Below, piece by piece: positions 31,933 to 39,370 of a stretch of 40,999 nucleotides of DNA. The position numbers were made by a program, and so were the translations under genes. A model generated the notes under the pieces. It did no database searches, was not told the origin of the DNA, and saw only the letters and a program-made list of their open reading frames with translations. Positions within the stretch are counted from its first letter, which is position 1; each line of letters opens with the position of its first letter. This DNA is from a virus: the IMG/VR virus record IMGVR_UViG_3300045988_161129; one strand, written 5' to 3'.

Positions 31933-32235
31933 TCACCTCCCTTTGTCTTTTAAAAAAGAGTTCCAATCATAATTCGGATCAAGTAGTGGGTCATCACCGA
32001 AACCAGTATATTTTCTCGGTTTCTGCCGTTCGTCAACCCTCTTGCCCTCACGATCCGTTGTCGGAAGAAGGCCGTTGACCTTCGGATTAAACTTGATACG
32101 GTCAAGCTTAGTAAAGAGCAAATCTCCTTCTTCCGTCCAATATTGATACATTGCGTGGAACATTTCGGGCTCGTCCTCACATCGTCCGCCGATTTCCAGT
32201 GTCTTTATAACCTTGATTACTTCCACACCGTGCAT
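31933..32235 (-). CDS. Hypothetical protein (100 aa from MHGVEVIKV)
   Basis: A GGAGGTGAGG RBS precedes ATG 32235. The longer track ORF (to 32325) lacks an RBS. Confidence 0.45.
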   Translation of the reverse strand: MHGVEVIKVIKTLEIGGRCEDEPEMFHAMYQYWTEEGDLLFTKLDRIKFNPKVNGLLPTTDREGKRVDERQKPRKYTGFGDDPLLDPNYDWNSFLKDKGR

Positions 32236-32428
32236 TTCCTCACCTCCATTTGTTATGTTGAGTTGACTTTTGTTTATTGTGTGATATAATACTTTATGAA
32301 AGAAACAACCAACAGCAGGAAACAAAAGTAAAACATATTCGCTTTAGTGTCGTTTGTTGTATTATAGTTCACTTTTGTTTCTTTGTCAAGTGTTTTTTAT
32401 CAAAAAGTTTCTTTGGGAGGCAAAAGCC

Positions 32429-32752
32429 GTGACTCTATATGAAAAAATACAGGTATTGTGTAAGAAAAACGGTTTTGAGATTTCCAACTTGGGAGAAAAA
32501 ATCGGAATAAAAATTGCCAAAAGTTCGATAAGCAAATGGAAGCATGGTTCAATGCCAAGGGCAAGTACCATTAAAGCAATAGCCGACTACTTCGGCGTAC
32601 CCATTGAATATTTCACCGGAGAAGAGCAGACAGCCCCCGAAGAACGGGAGCTGTCCGAAAATGAGGAGCTGTTTAGGATTTTTTCCTCCCTCCCGGAGGA
32701 TCAGCAGAAAAGCATTGCCGACCTGATTCGCAGTCTTTCAAAAGGTCTTTGA
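32429..32752 (+). CDS. XRE-family HTH regulator (107 aa from GTG 32429)
   Basis: A GGGAGG RBS lies 8 nt before the GTG. LYEKIQVLCKKNGFEISNLGEKIGIKIAKSSISKWKHGSMPRASTIKAIADYFGVPIEYF is a canonical XRE HTH. Confidence 0.7.
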   Translation: MTLYEKIQVLCKKNGFEISNLGEKIGIKIAKSSISKWKHGSMPRASTIKAIADYFGVPIEYFTGEEQTAPEERELSENEELFRIFSSLPEDQQKSIADLIRSLSKGL

Positions 32753-32834
32753 TTTTTCTGTACTCGTCCCTTTTAAGCCTCGACAGCTTGTCCATTCGTC
32801 CCATAAATTCCTTTTTTGACATTTTCTTTTCCAT
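32673..32834 (-). CDS. Possible small basic protein (53 aa, MEKKMSKKEFMGRMDKLSRLKRDEYRK...) convergently overlapping the XRE gene by 80 nt
   Basis: An AAGGAGAG RBS lies 9 nt before ATG 32834. Only the first 27 codons lie outside the overlap. Confidence 0.3.
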   Translation of the reverse strand: MEKKMSKKEFMGRMDKLSRLKRDEYRKIKDLLKDCESGRQCFSADPPGGRKKS

Positions 32835-33028
32835 TACGGTTACACTCTCCTTTTTTCTACCCTTGGCAGATTGTGTAAACCGTAACACATTTTCACCCTG
32901 TTGACCATTGTGCAGATTTTTGTTTGTCCTGTAAGCCTTCTGTTTTTATTGTTTGCTTTCGTCCCGATTATTCTGTTAAAGTATAACAAAAACCGCCGTG
33001 ACAAGCGGTTTGAAGGGGAGTAGTAATT

Positions 33029-33427
33029 TTGCTTTTGTGCGAATATCTTCAAGGGCTTAAAAAGAGCCGACAGATGTCCACAAAGGACATTGCCGACCGT
33101 TGTGGCCTGCCTTCCGAGACGGTAAGAAGTATTATCGGGGGTAAAACACCCGACCCGAGACTCAGCACCGTGACGTGTATAGTCAACGCCTTGGGCGGAA
33201 GTCTTGACGAAATAGGGGAGGGGATAAAGCCCGAAGAACAAAATACGTCCGAATCGGTCATAGAATTGTACGAACAGCGTTTAAAGGACAAGGACGAGCG
33301 TATAAAGGCGGTCATCCGTGACAAGCGGATTTATATGATAACCGTCGGCGTACTCGTGCTTATTCTTATCGGCTTTTTTGTCGTTGATATTCTCATCGGC
33401 TCCGAAGGCTGGATTGTTTATAAATAA
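33029..33427 (+). CDS. Membrane-anchored XRE-type HTH protein
   Basis: TTG start after AAGGGGAG. It has the HTH KKSRQMSTKDIADRCGLPSETVRSIIGGKTPDPRLSTVTCIVNALGGSLDEI and the C-terminal TM helix IYMITVGVLVLILIGFFVVDILIG. Confidence 0.65.
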   Translation: MLLCEYLQGLKKSRQMSTKDIADRCGLPSETVRSIIGGKTPDPRLSTVTCIVNALGGSLDEIGEGIKPEEQNTSESVIELYEQRLKDKDERIKAVIRDKRIYMITVGVLVLILIGFFVVDILIGSEGWIVYK

Positions 33428-33442
33428 AAATGAGGTGAGTGT

Positions 33443-34510
33443 ATGGCTAAAAATCAAGACTATCCGTTAGGTCTCAAATGGTACAAATTTTATACTTCGT
33501 TTTATCTTCCTGTTTTTTCATTTTTTTCCGGCCTTGCTTTGTTCGGTGATATATCAGCTCTGTTTGTTCAAAAAAGCTATTCCTATTACCCCTTATCGGA
33601 GCTTTATACATATGTTTTTTTGGGCTTAATATTAGAATTGATAACCTTTTGCTTTCAAATAGCCGCCCTTATCCGTTTAAGGAGAGACGATGACAAAAGC
33701 TTTGCCACCAACAATGCCTACCTGATTTTTCTTTGCATATTCAGCGCATATAAGGCCGCATTGTTTCAGGTCAGATTTGATAAATATAGCTCATTTAGCA
33801 ATCGAGTAGTCATTGATACCTCTTCGGTGATTCCGGCGTTTGGATTTGTGTTTGCACTGTTGTTTTTTGTATGGTTCCTGCCGAATTATTTTTATTTAAA
33901 AAAGAGGCTGGATTATTTGTGCGGCACTTATATAAGACCGCCGAGTCAAGATATATTGAGTATGTTTGACGAAATAAAGGAAAATCCGCAGGCCGTAAAG
34001 GAAAAGGCGAACGAGCTTCACAGTGCCGGCAAGGTAGACTTATACGAATATCAGTACATAATTAGAAACTATGTCGACTATTTAAACGGTGACACTACCG
34101 TTACAACCGTCAGCCCGGCCGAAGATCATAAAGAAAATAACGCTTCTTCCGTAAACGGAGAAGTTAATGCGGACAAAAAAGAAAGTCAGTTTGATAAAGA
34201 TATAGATGCGCACCCAGTACTTTCTTATGTTTTGTTGGGCTTTGGACCGATTCTGTGGTTAGCGGCGATTGCAATGCTTTTTTCCAGTGGCAACGCCGCT
34301 TTGGGTGCAATATTGCTTATAGTTGTGCCGTTAGTTGTTATACTATGGCTTAATCGGAACAAATTAAAATCTAAAACAACCGGGCAGTCTGCTTGGAAAC
34401 AGACCCCCGTGTTTCGTTCCGAGCAAGATGCGCCGTGTTGTAAGCACTGCGGGGCAAAACTGATTGAGGGTGCGTCCTTCTGTAATAAATGCGGTCAAAA
34501 AACAGACTAA
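33443..34510 (+). CDS. Polytopic membrane protein with a C-terminal zinc ribbon
   Basis: 355 aa with at least 6 hydrophobic helices. The C-terminus is CCKHCGAKLIEGASFCNKCGQKTD. GAGGTGAG RBS. Confidence 0.6.
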   Translation: MAKNQDYPLGLKWYKFYTSFYLPVFSFFSGLALFGDISALFVQKSYSYYPLSELYTYVFLGLILELITFCFQIAALIRLRRDDDKSFATNNAYLIFLCIFSAYKAALFQVRFDKYSSFSNRVVIDTSSVIPAFGFVFALLFFVWFLPNYFYLKKRLDYLCGTYIRPPSQDILSMFDEIKENPQAVKEKANELHSAGKVDLYEYQYIIRNYVDYLNGDTTVTTVSPAEDHKENNASSVNGEVNADKKESQFDKDIDAHPVLSYVLLGFGPILWLAAIAMLFSSGNAALGAILLIVVPLVVILWLNRNKLKSKTTGQSAWKQTPVFRSEQDAPCCKHCGAKLIEGASFCNKCGQKTD

Positions 34511-34523
34511 AGGAGAAATAAAT

Positions 34524-34820
34524 ATGTTTTGTGAAAAATGCGGAAAAGAAATTCCCGAAAACAGTAATTGGTGTCCTTTTTGCGGAAAAAAGAACGAGGA
34601 AGTAATAACAAGATATTTCCGAATTGCAATAGGTATAATTGGCGCACTTGCTGTGATATTTTTATTTACAAGTGCCTGTTTCGGCTTTGAACAAATGGGA
34701 AACCCCGAAACACGGGGATATAATTGGTCTTTGATTTCTCTGTTTTCATTCCTGTCGCTCGGCTTCTCGGTACTCTCCGCCGCCGTCACCGTCTATTTTA
34801 TCTTCAAAACAAAAAAATAA
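34524..34820 (+). CDS. Zinc-ribbon membrane protein (98 aa from MFCEKCGKEIP)
   Basis: An AAAGGAGA RBS precedes ATG 34524. It has an N-terminal CxxC-x11-CxxC motif and two TM helices. Confidence 0.6.
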   Translation: MFCEKCGKEIPENSNWCPFCGKKNEEVITRYFRIAIGIIGALAVIFLFTSACFGFEQMGNPETRGYNWSLISLFSFLSLGFSVLSAAVTVYFIFKTKK

Positions 34821-34821
34821 A

Positions 34822-34845
34822 CCCCGCCTTTCGGCGGGGCTCTTC
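34822..34845 (+). terminator. Rho-independent terminator candidate (ccccgcc tttc ggcgggg)
   Basis: Perfect 7-bp GC stem directly after the stop codon, followed by ctcttcg. Confidence 0.55.
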
Positions 34846-34985
34846 GTGGCCGGCGTTCTTACATAACACTTAAACCAAAGGATTCGGTTACACGAATATA
34901 CAGCGCATTTCTGCCTGCGAATCAATTATATCATATTTTTTCAAAAAATGCAATAAAGCAAAATCTTAAAAGGGGAGGTGCTTAT

Positions 34986-36020
34986 ATGGCAAAGGCAAAA
35001 AGGCTTCCGAGCGGAAACTGGCGTGTCCAGGTGAGCGTTACAACGGAAGGAAAGAAAATTAGAAAATCATTTACCGATTCCGACAAAAAGCAAGCTGAAA
35101 TGGCGGCGCTTGAGTGGCAAAGTAAGATGTTTAAATACAATGAACAATCATCTGAAATAACACTTGGCGAAGCGATAAACAAATATATTGACAGTCGTCG
35201 CAATATTCTTTCTCCGGTCAGCATAGCGACATATGAAAAAATAAAAAGGAATTATTTTGTTGAGCTTCAGCAAAGAAAGCTATCAAATATCAGTCAAAAT
35301 ATGTTGCAAGCGGAAATAAATAATTTGAGCGGTAGATTGTCACCTAAAAGCGTTCGGAGTATTTGGGGGCTGATTTCGGCTACAATTAAACACTGTACCA
35401 ACGAATCCGTGACTGTTGTTCTTCCGCAAAAGAAAAAAATAATATATTCAACCCCCGACCTACAGACCTCTCTTAAGATCTTACAAGCTTGTAAAAATAC
35501 TGAAATAGAACTCCCTGTTACCCTTGCATTGCGGTTGGGACTCAGGGTATCTGAAATATGTGGCCTTAAATGGTCGGCCGTTTATGATGATTATATTGTT
35601 GTTGACAATGTTATTGTCTCATATGGTAAAGAGCAATATGAGAAAAGTCCAAAGTCCGCAGCCGGCAACAGAAAGATACCTCTGCCGGCAGATATTAAAG
35701 AAATGATAAATGCACAACCGAAAATTAACGAGTATGTGATTCAAAAAAGCGCAAAGTCGATCGGCGCAATGTTCAGAAGGATTTTAAAAAACAATAATAT
35801 TCCGCATTGTCGTTTTCACGACCTTCGTCACGCTATGGCGTCGGCAATGGCGTTGTTAAATATCCCGGATAGATATGCTATGAAAATTGGCGGATGGGAC
35901 AGCCCCGATATTCTCCATTCAATTTATCAACAAACCTTTACCAAAGAGGAACTCGCTTTTTCAAAGCTGATAAGTGATTTTTTTACTGAAAATTCACACG
36001 AAAATGCACACGAAAATTAA
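34986..36020 (+). CDS. int: Tyrosine recombinase (phage integrase)
   Basis: LRLGLRVSEICGLKW (Arg I), CRFHDLRHAMAS (HxxR) and GGWDSPDILHSIYQQT (catalytic Tyr region). AGGGGAGG RBS. Confidence 0.9.
   Translation: MAKAKRLPSGNWRVQVSVTTEGKKIRKSFTDSDKKQAEMAALEWQSKMFKYNEQSSEITLGEAINKYIDSRRNILSPVSIATYEKIKRNYFVELQQRKLSNISQNMLQAEINNLSGRLSPKSVRSIWGLISATIKHCTNESVTVVLPQKKKIIYSTPDLQTSLKILQACKNTEIELPVTLALRLGLRVSEICGLKWSAVYDDYIVVDNVIVSYGKEQYEKSPKSAAGNRKIPLPADIKEMINAQPKINEYVIQKSAKSIGAMFRRILKNNNIPHCRFHDLRHAMASAMALLNIPDRYAMKIGGWDSPDILHSIYQQTFTKEELAFSKLISDFFTENSHENAHEN
35993..36016 (+). repeat. Tandem 12-mers TTCACACGAAAA / TGCACACGAAAA (candidate integrase arm-type sites, left arm)
   Basis: Direct reading. 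They lie in the last codons of int, 42 nt before the tRNA-like core. Confidence 0.5.
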
Positions 36021-36057
36021 AAAACCACGTGTTTATGCGCCTTTTGGGCGATTTTCA

Positions 36058-36085
36058 GAGAGTTCGAGTCTCTCCTTCTCCGCCA
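36058..36085 (+). other. attP core candidate: 3-prime fragment of a tRNA (T-arm plus acceptor 3-prime strand plus GCCA; Ser-like)
   Basis: GAGAG-TTCGAGT-CTCTC-CTTCTCC-G-CCA has the canonical T-stem/T-loop (G53, TTCGAGT, C61), a 7-nt acceptor strand, discriminator G and CCA. No D-arm or anticodon arm lies upstream. Confidence 0.6.
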
Positions 36086-36090
36086 TTTGA

Positions 36091-36119
36091 AAAGCCGCTA
36101 AAGCAGCGGCTTTTCTTTT
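36091..36119 (+). terminator. Rho-independent terminator (gccgct aaagc agcggc followed by ttttctttt)
   Basis: 6-bp stem 36094-36099 / 36105-36110 flanked by an A-run and a T-run. It lies immediately after the tRNA-like CCA end and downstream of int. Confidence 0.7.
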
Positions 36120-36200
36120 GTTTATGCGGGTTTCAGCGGTTTTATCAGTATGAATTATATTGCCAAAACAATATGATTATTGCACACATAATGAAAAAAA

Positions 36201-36236
36201 TGCACACGAAAGTTCACACGAAATTCCACACTACAT
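36201..36236 (+). repeat. Tandem 12-mers TGCACACGAAAG / TTCACACGAAAT / TCCACACTACAT (candidate arm-type sites, right arm); a related TGCACACATAAT lies at 36181
   Basis: Same orientation and consensus T(G/T)CACACGAAA as the left-arm copies. Confidence 0.5.
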
Positions 36237-36530
36237 CGACAGCATTTGCCGAACCCACGCTACACGCTCAACATATTCTTTATGAGCGTGATTCCACTTG
36301 TCAAGCATTTCAACAGGCGGAGAGTAAACTTTCTCAAGTTCTGCAATGTCTTTTGTTGCAAAATCATGTATATATGAGGCGTGTTTTAATTCGTCCCCGG
36401 ACATTTCCCGATATTTATTCGCATCGGTCATATTACCTTTTGCTTTTTGTTCAACATAACATTCGGCATAGTTTTTGGCGTCCTCGATTTCTTCGTTGAT
36501 TCTCTCAACGTATTCTTTGATTTTTTTCAT
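36231..36530 (-). CDS. Hypothetical helical protein (99 aa)
   Basis: Last gene of the minus-strand programme, next to attP. No family recognised. Confidence 0.45.
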   Translation of the reverse strand: MKKIKEYVERINEEIEDAKNYAECYVEQKAKGNMTDANKYREMSGDELKHASYIHDFATKDIAELEKVYSPPVEMLDKWNHAHKEYVERVAWVRQMLSM

Positions 36531-36534
36531 ATCG

Positions 36535-36870
36535 TCACTCCGTTATCGTGGAATAGAGATTATCAATGTCCGACGGAGAAAATTTAAATGTGCCGAAAAG
36601 AGGGATCGTTATTTCGATTTTCCCCTTGCTCACAACCTGTTCTTTCAAATCCGCATAAAGTCCGTCGACATCTATTGTTCCGTTTTCATCGGATATTGCA
36701 AAGCTGCGAAGAAAAGGATTTTCACATAAGGACTTTTTCAAATTTTCGCTGTTCCTCATGACTCTTGCCACAGCAATTCGGGCGGCTATTTCCTGCCAGC
36801 TGTTCATCCTTGAGTAAACTTCCTTGTCCATGTATTTTAAAATGCCGTTAAGCACTCTTTCAAATTCCAT
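36535..36870 (-). CDS. Hypothetical protein (111 aa)
   Basis: ORF 4 nt upstream of the next gene. Confidence 0.45.
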   Translation of the reverse strand: MEFERVLNGILKYMDKEVYSRMNSWQEIAARIAVARVMRNSENLKKSLCENPFLRSFAISDENGTIDVDGLYADLKEQVVSKGKIEITIPLFGTFKFSPSDIDNLYSTITE

Positions 36871-36879
36871 ATAAATTTC

Positions 36880-36913
36880 CTTTCAAAAATCAAGGGGCAG
36901 CGATTGCCGCCCC
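36880..36913 (-). terminator. Terminator/attenuator hairpin (ggggcagc gatt gccgcccc) followed on the minus strand by TTGATTTTTG
   Basis: 8-bp stem with one mismatch at 36894-36913, with T-runs on both sides. Confidence 0.5.
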
Positions 36914-36919
36914 TCTTTG

Positions 36920-37414
36920 TCATTTTGCATTAACCGCCTGAGCGGCCGCCGCTGTGGGAGCTGTCCAGCTGTTGTAACGCTTCATCGGTTCGGGGCAAAC
37001 GTTGTCGATCGGAATGACCGTTTTTGTAAGTCCCTGAAGAGCTGCAACGGTGTTTTGCATACAGGAAAGATTTGCCGCAACCTGAGCATTGACAACACTC
37101 TGCTGACAGAGCTGTGCTTCAACCGTATTAAACTTTCCGTCAATGTACTTGTACATATCCAGCATTTTTTGATCGGTATAGGTGTTTGCGTCTCTCAGCT
37201 TTACTTCGGTTTCAAGCTCGGCTATTCTTGCTGACTGCTCGGATTCGTATCTGTTGACAAAGTGGTCCTCACTGCAAGTGCCGTTTGCCGTTCGGCCGAA
37301 AAGACCGTTGCCGTTAAGACCTCCGGCAAGCACTCCAAGCGCTGTTCCGGCAATTCCGAGTCCAAGCCCGGTACCGGCAATCCCTTTAGAAGCGTATCTG
37401 TTTTCGTATTCCAT
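36920..37414 (-). CDS. Gly-rich membrane helix plus coiled-coil protein (164 aa from MEYENRYASKG), moron-like unit
   Basis: An AAGGAGA RBS precedes ATG 37414. GIAGTGLGLGIAGTALGVLAGGL is followed by heptad-rich sequence. Terminators lie on both sides. Confidence 0.5.
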   Translation of the reverse strand: MEYENRYASKGIAGTGLGLGIAGTALGVLAGGLNGNGLFGRTANGTCSEDHFVNRYESEQSARIAELETEVKLRDANTYTDQKMLDMYKYIDGKFNTVEAQLCQQSVVNAQVAANLSCMQNTVAALQGLTKTVIPIDNVCPEPMKRYNSWTAPTAAAAQAVNAK

Positions 37415-37525
37415 AACAATCTCCTTAATTTTATTTATAAATCGCTCTCTGTGCACCGAAAGCAATTTATATTCTGTAATTATCATACAACACAAAAGAC
37501 ATTCTTGTGGTTCGTTTACAGCTCA

Positions 37526-37568
37526 AAAAAAGGTCAAAAAAATACCCGTCCCCAAAAAATGAGGACGG
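37526..37568 (-). terminator. Rho-independent terminator (ccgtcc N11 ggacgg, then GTATTTTTTTGACCTTTTTTT on the minus strand)
   Basis: Stem 37546-37551 / 37563-37568. A long T-run follows on the transcribed strand, 20 nt after the stop at 37589. Confidence 0.65.
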
Positions 37569-37588
37569 ATAAATTATAAATTCGGTGT

Positions 37589-37789
37589 TCAATTGTAAAT
37601 GCAGTCGATTATTTTCAAATAAATGCGCTTAATTCGTCTTTTTAGCGTAGACAGGGAAACACACAGCTCCGCCGCAATATCAGCTTGCGCCCACCCTCTC
37701 CTTAAAAATTTGACTATTTCAAGCTCATCATCGGTAAACCCGCAATGAGATATGTATTTTTCCCATTCGCTGTTATAAAACCGAAGCAT
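37589..37789 (-). CDS. Small LuxR / sigma-70 region-4-type HTH protein (66 aa)
   Basis: GWAQADIAAELCVSLSTLKRRIKRIYLKI is a region-4-type HTH. Confidence 0.5.
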   Translation of the reverse strand: MLRFYNSEWEKYISHCGFTDDELEIVKFLRRGWAQADIAAELCVSLSTLKRRIKRIYLKIIDCIYN

Positions 37790-37807
37790 GTGTCACACCT
37801 CCCGAAA

Positions 37808-38089
37808 TTACTGTCCTTTGCATTTCGGTTTTTCGTATGTAAGCGCGTTAACGCTGTCGGAAATGCCGGAGGTAGTGGGATCAATAACGGCGTTCCACAC
37901 GCTGACAAGCACCGAGAAAACCACATACGGATTAAGGACGGCTGCTTTGAGGGTGGAAAAGAATATTCCCCACGAGGTTATATCCGAGCCGGTTATACCG
38001 TAATATGCCCCGACGGGCACCACCACGGCAAGAATAACCGAGAACCACCACTGCGGATTTTTAATTCGTACAAGCCAATTGATTTTCAT
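37808..38089 (-). CDS. Holin (phi-LC3 / LL-H-like family)
   Basis: KNPQWWFSVILAVVVPVGAYYGITGSDITSWG...LNPYVVFSVLVSVWNAVIDPTTSGISDSVNALTYEKP matches the DPTT-x-G-x-SDS holin signature. An AAGGAG RBS precedes ATG 38089. Confidence 0.75.
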   Translation of the reverse strand: MKINWLVRIKNPQWWFSVILAVVVPVGAYYGITGSDITSWGIFFSTLKAAVLNPYVVFSVLVSVWNAVIDPTTSGISDSVNALTYEKPKCKGQ

Positions 38090-38105
38090 AATTTTTTTCT
38101 CCTTT

Positions 38106-38417
38106 CTATTCATGCGCCTTTTGGTTCAAATGCTTGTCCAGCTTGTCTTTGGCAAGGGGGACAGTATGGTTGCACCCCTGTTGGATAAGACCGTCAAGAC
38201 AGGCGGAAAGACCATAGCATATAAGGGTGTTTTCATCTTTTATTGCTTTAAATTCGTTTTCGGTATGGTCTCTCAGTTCCTTTATATCCTTGGCCGCCTT
38301 GTCATCTTTGTTTTTGACGTTCGCAAGCCAGCGGAAAACAGCAAACAGACCGCCGATTATTCCGGCAATAACGGTTATCCCGGTGCAGATTTCAAATACA
38401 ATTCTCAATGTTTCCAT
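38106..38417 (-). CDS. Membrane-anchored lysis-cassette protein (holin-like or holin partner; 103 aa)
   Basis: Single N-terminal TM helix ICTGITVIAGIIGGLFAVF followed by a charged coiled region. It lies between the endolysin and holin genes. Confidence 0.45.
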   Translation of the reverse strand: METLRIVFEICTGITVIAGIIGGLFAVFRWLANVKNKDDKAAKDIKELRDHTENEFKAIKDENTLICYGLSACLDGLIQQGCNHTVPLAKDKLDKHLNQKAHE

Positions 38418-38429
38418 GTTATAGCCCCC

Positions 38430-39356
38430 TTATTTAACCGCAGCCTGTAGAATGACAAGTACGTCTTTGACGGTCACACGGCCGTCACCGTCCGCGTCAA
38501 GCCTCTTGCTCTGCTCGTCGGTCAGTTCGACTTTACCGACCGCTGCCTGTAAAGCAATAAGCGCGTCGTTGGGGGTGTACTTGACCGTCTCGGGAGTGGG
38601 TGCGGGCTGTTCCGCTTTTCTCAGTCCGAGTGCTTCGAGCCAGCACTCCTCACCCCAAACGCCGTCAACGGTCAGTCCGTGGTTTTTCTGCCATGCTTTG
38701 ACTTTCTCGGCGGTGGAATTGCCGAAATATCCGTCAATAGGCGCGCCGACCGTGTGCTGAATGATTTTGACCACGTTGGAGTATTCCTTTGAGGGCTTTA
38801 CAACGGAATTTTTGAGAACGTCACGGAACTCCTCATCGTCTCCGCTCCATGTCAGCCCATGCTGCGGGAATGACCAGCCGTCGGTCATGTGGGTCAAACG
38901 GACATTCCACACATTGCACTCACAAGAGGGGAGATTTTCGAAAGTCGGTACGGGGGTGACCGTCTGATTTTTCCAAAAAAACGGCTGCTTGCGGCTGTCT
39001 ATATGTACAAAACCGTCGTCGTAGTAACAGCCGATTCCGTTTATCCAAAGCCCCTGCGCATAATGCGCCACATCGTAAGGCGATACACCGTTAACCACAA
39101 TGTCAAAAGCACGTCCCTTGACGTGGTAAGAGTCGGAAGTGCCGCCGATTTTCTTGTTATAACTCGGGGAGCGATAGCCGGAGGTAATGGTTATTGCCTT
39201 TCCGAAATGCTGTCGGATGTCCTCAAGCTTGAAAGCAAGGTCAATGTCAATAGGAACATTGTCCGAGCCGTCGTGACAGGCGAACTCCGACACACGAAAA
39301 TGCTCTGTCACCTTTTTGTTTCCGTCTTTTTTTACCGAAAAATTGTATACAGCCAT
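38430..39356 (-). CDS. Endolysin: peptidase M15 (YcbK/M15A-type) domain plus PG_binding_1-like domain plus C-terminal dockerin-like module
   Basis: TSGYRSPSYNKKIGGTSDSYHVKGRAFDIVV...GFVHIDSR (zinc-ligand H/D/H pattern). GYFGNSTAEKVKAWQKNHGLTVDGVWG (PG-binding). DADGDGRVTVKDVLVILQAAV (dockerin-type Ca loop plus helix). Confidence 0.8.
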   Translation of the reverse strand: MAVYNFSVKKDGNKKVTEHFRVSEFACHDGSDNVPIDIDLAFKLEDIRQHFGKAITITSGYRSPSYNKKIGGTSDSYHVKGRAFDIVVNGVSPYDVAHYAQGLWINGIGCYYDDGFVHIDSRKQPFFWKNQTVTPVPTFENLPSCECNVWNVRLTHMTDGWSFPQHGLTWSGDDEEFRDVLKNSVVKPSKEYSNVVKIIQHTVGAPIDGYFGNSTAEKVKAWQKNHGLTVDGVWGEECWLEALGLRKAEQPAPTPETVKYTPNDALIALQAAVGKVELTDEQSKRLDADGDGRVTVKDVLVILQAAVK

Positions 39357-39370
39357 GATTTAAAACTCCT

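Noticed and set aside
32840-33241. Minus-strand ORF of 133 aa overlapping the membrane-anchored HTH gene, and a minus-oriented hairpin plus T-tract at about 32985-33012.
   Set aside because: The ORF is antisense to an HTH gene with clear motifs and has no RBS. The hairpin (aaaccgc N8 gcggttt) is real, but I could not link it to a minus-strand gene, so it is left unannotated.
36029-36499. Plus-strand ORF of 156 aa downstream of int, and a complete tRNA gene ending at 36085.
   Set aside because: The ORF spans the attP repeats and terminator and is antisense to a better minus-strand gene. The tRNA-like sequence has only the T-arm and acceptor 3-prime strand; the 7 extra nt before the T-stem and the missing anticodon and D arms rule out a full tRNA.
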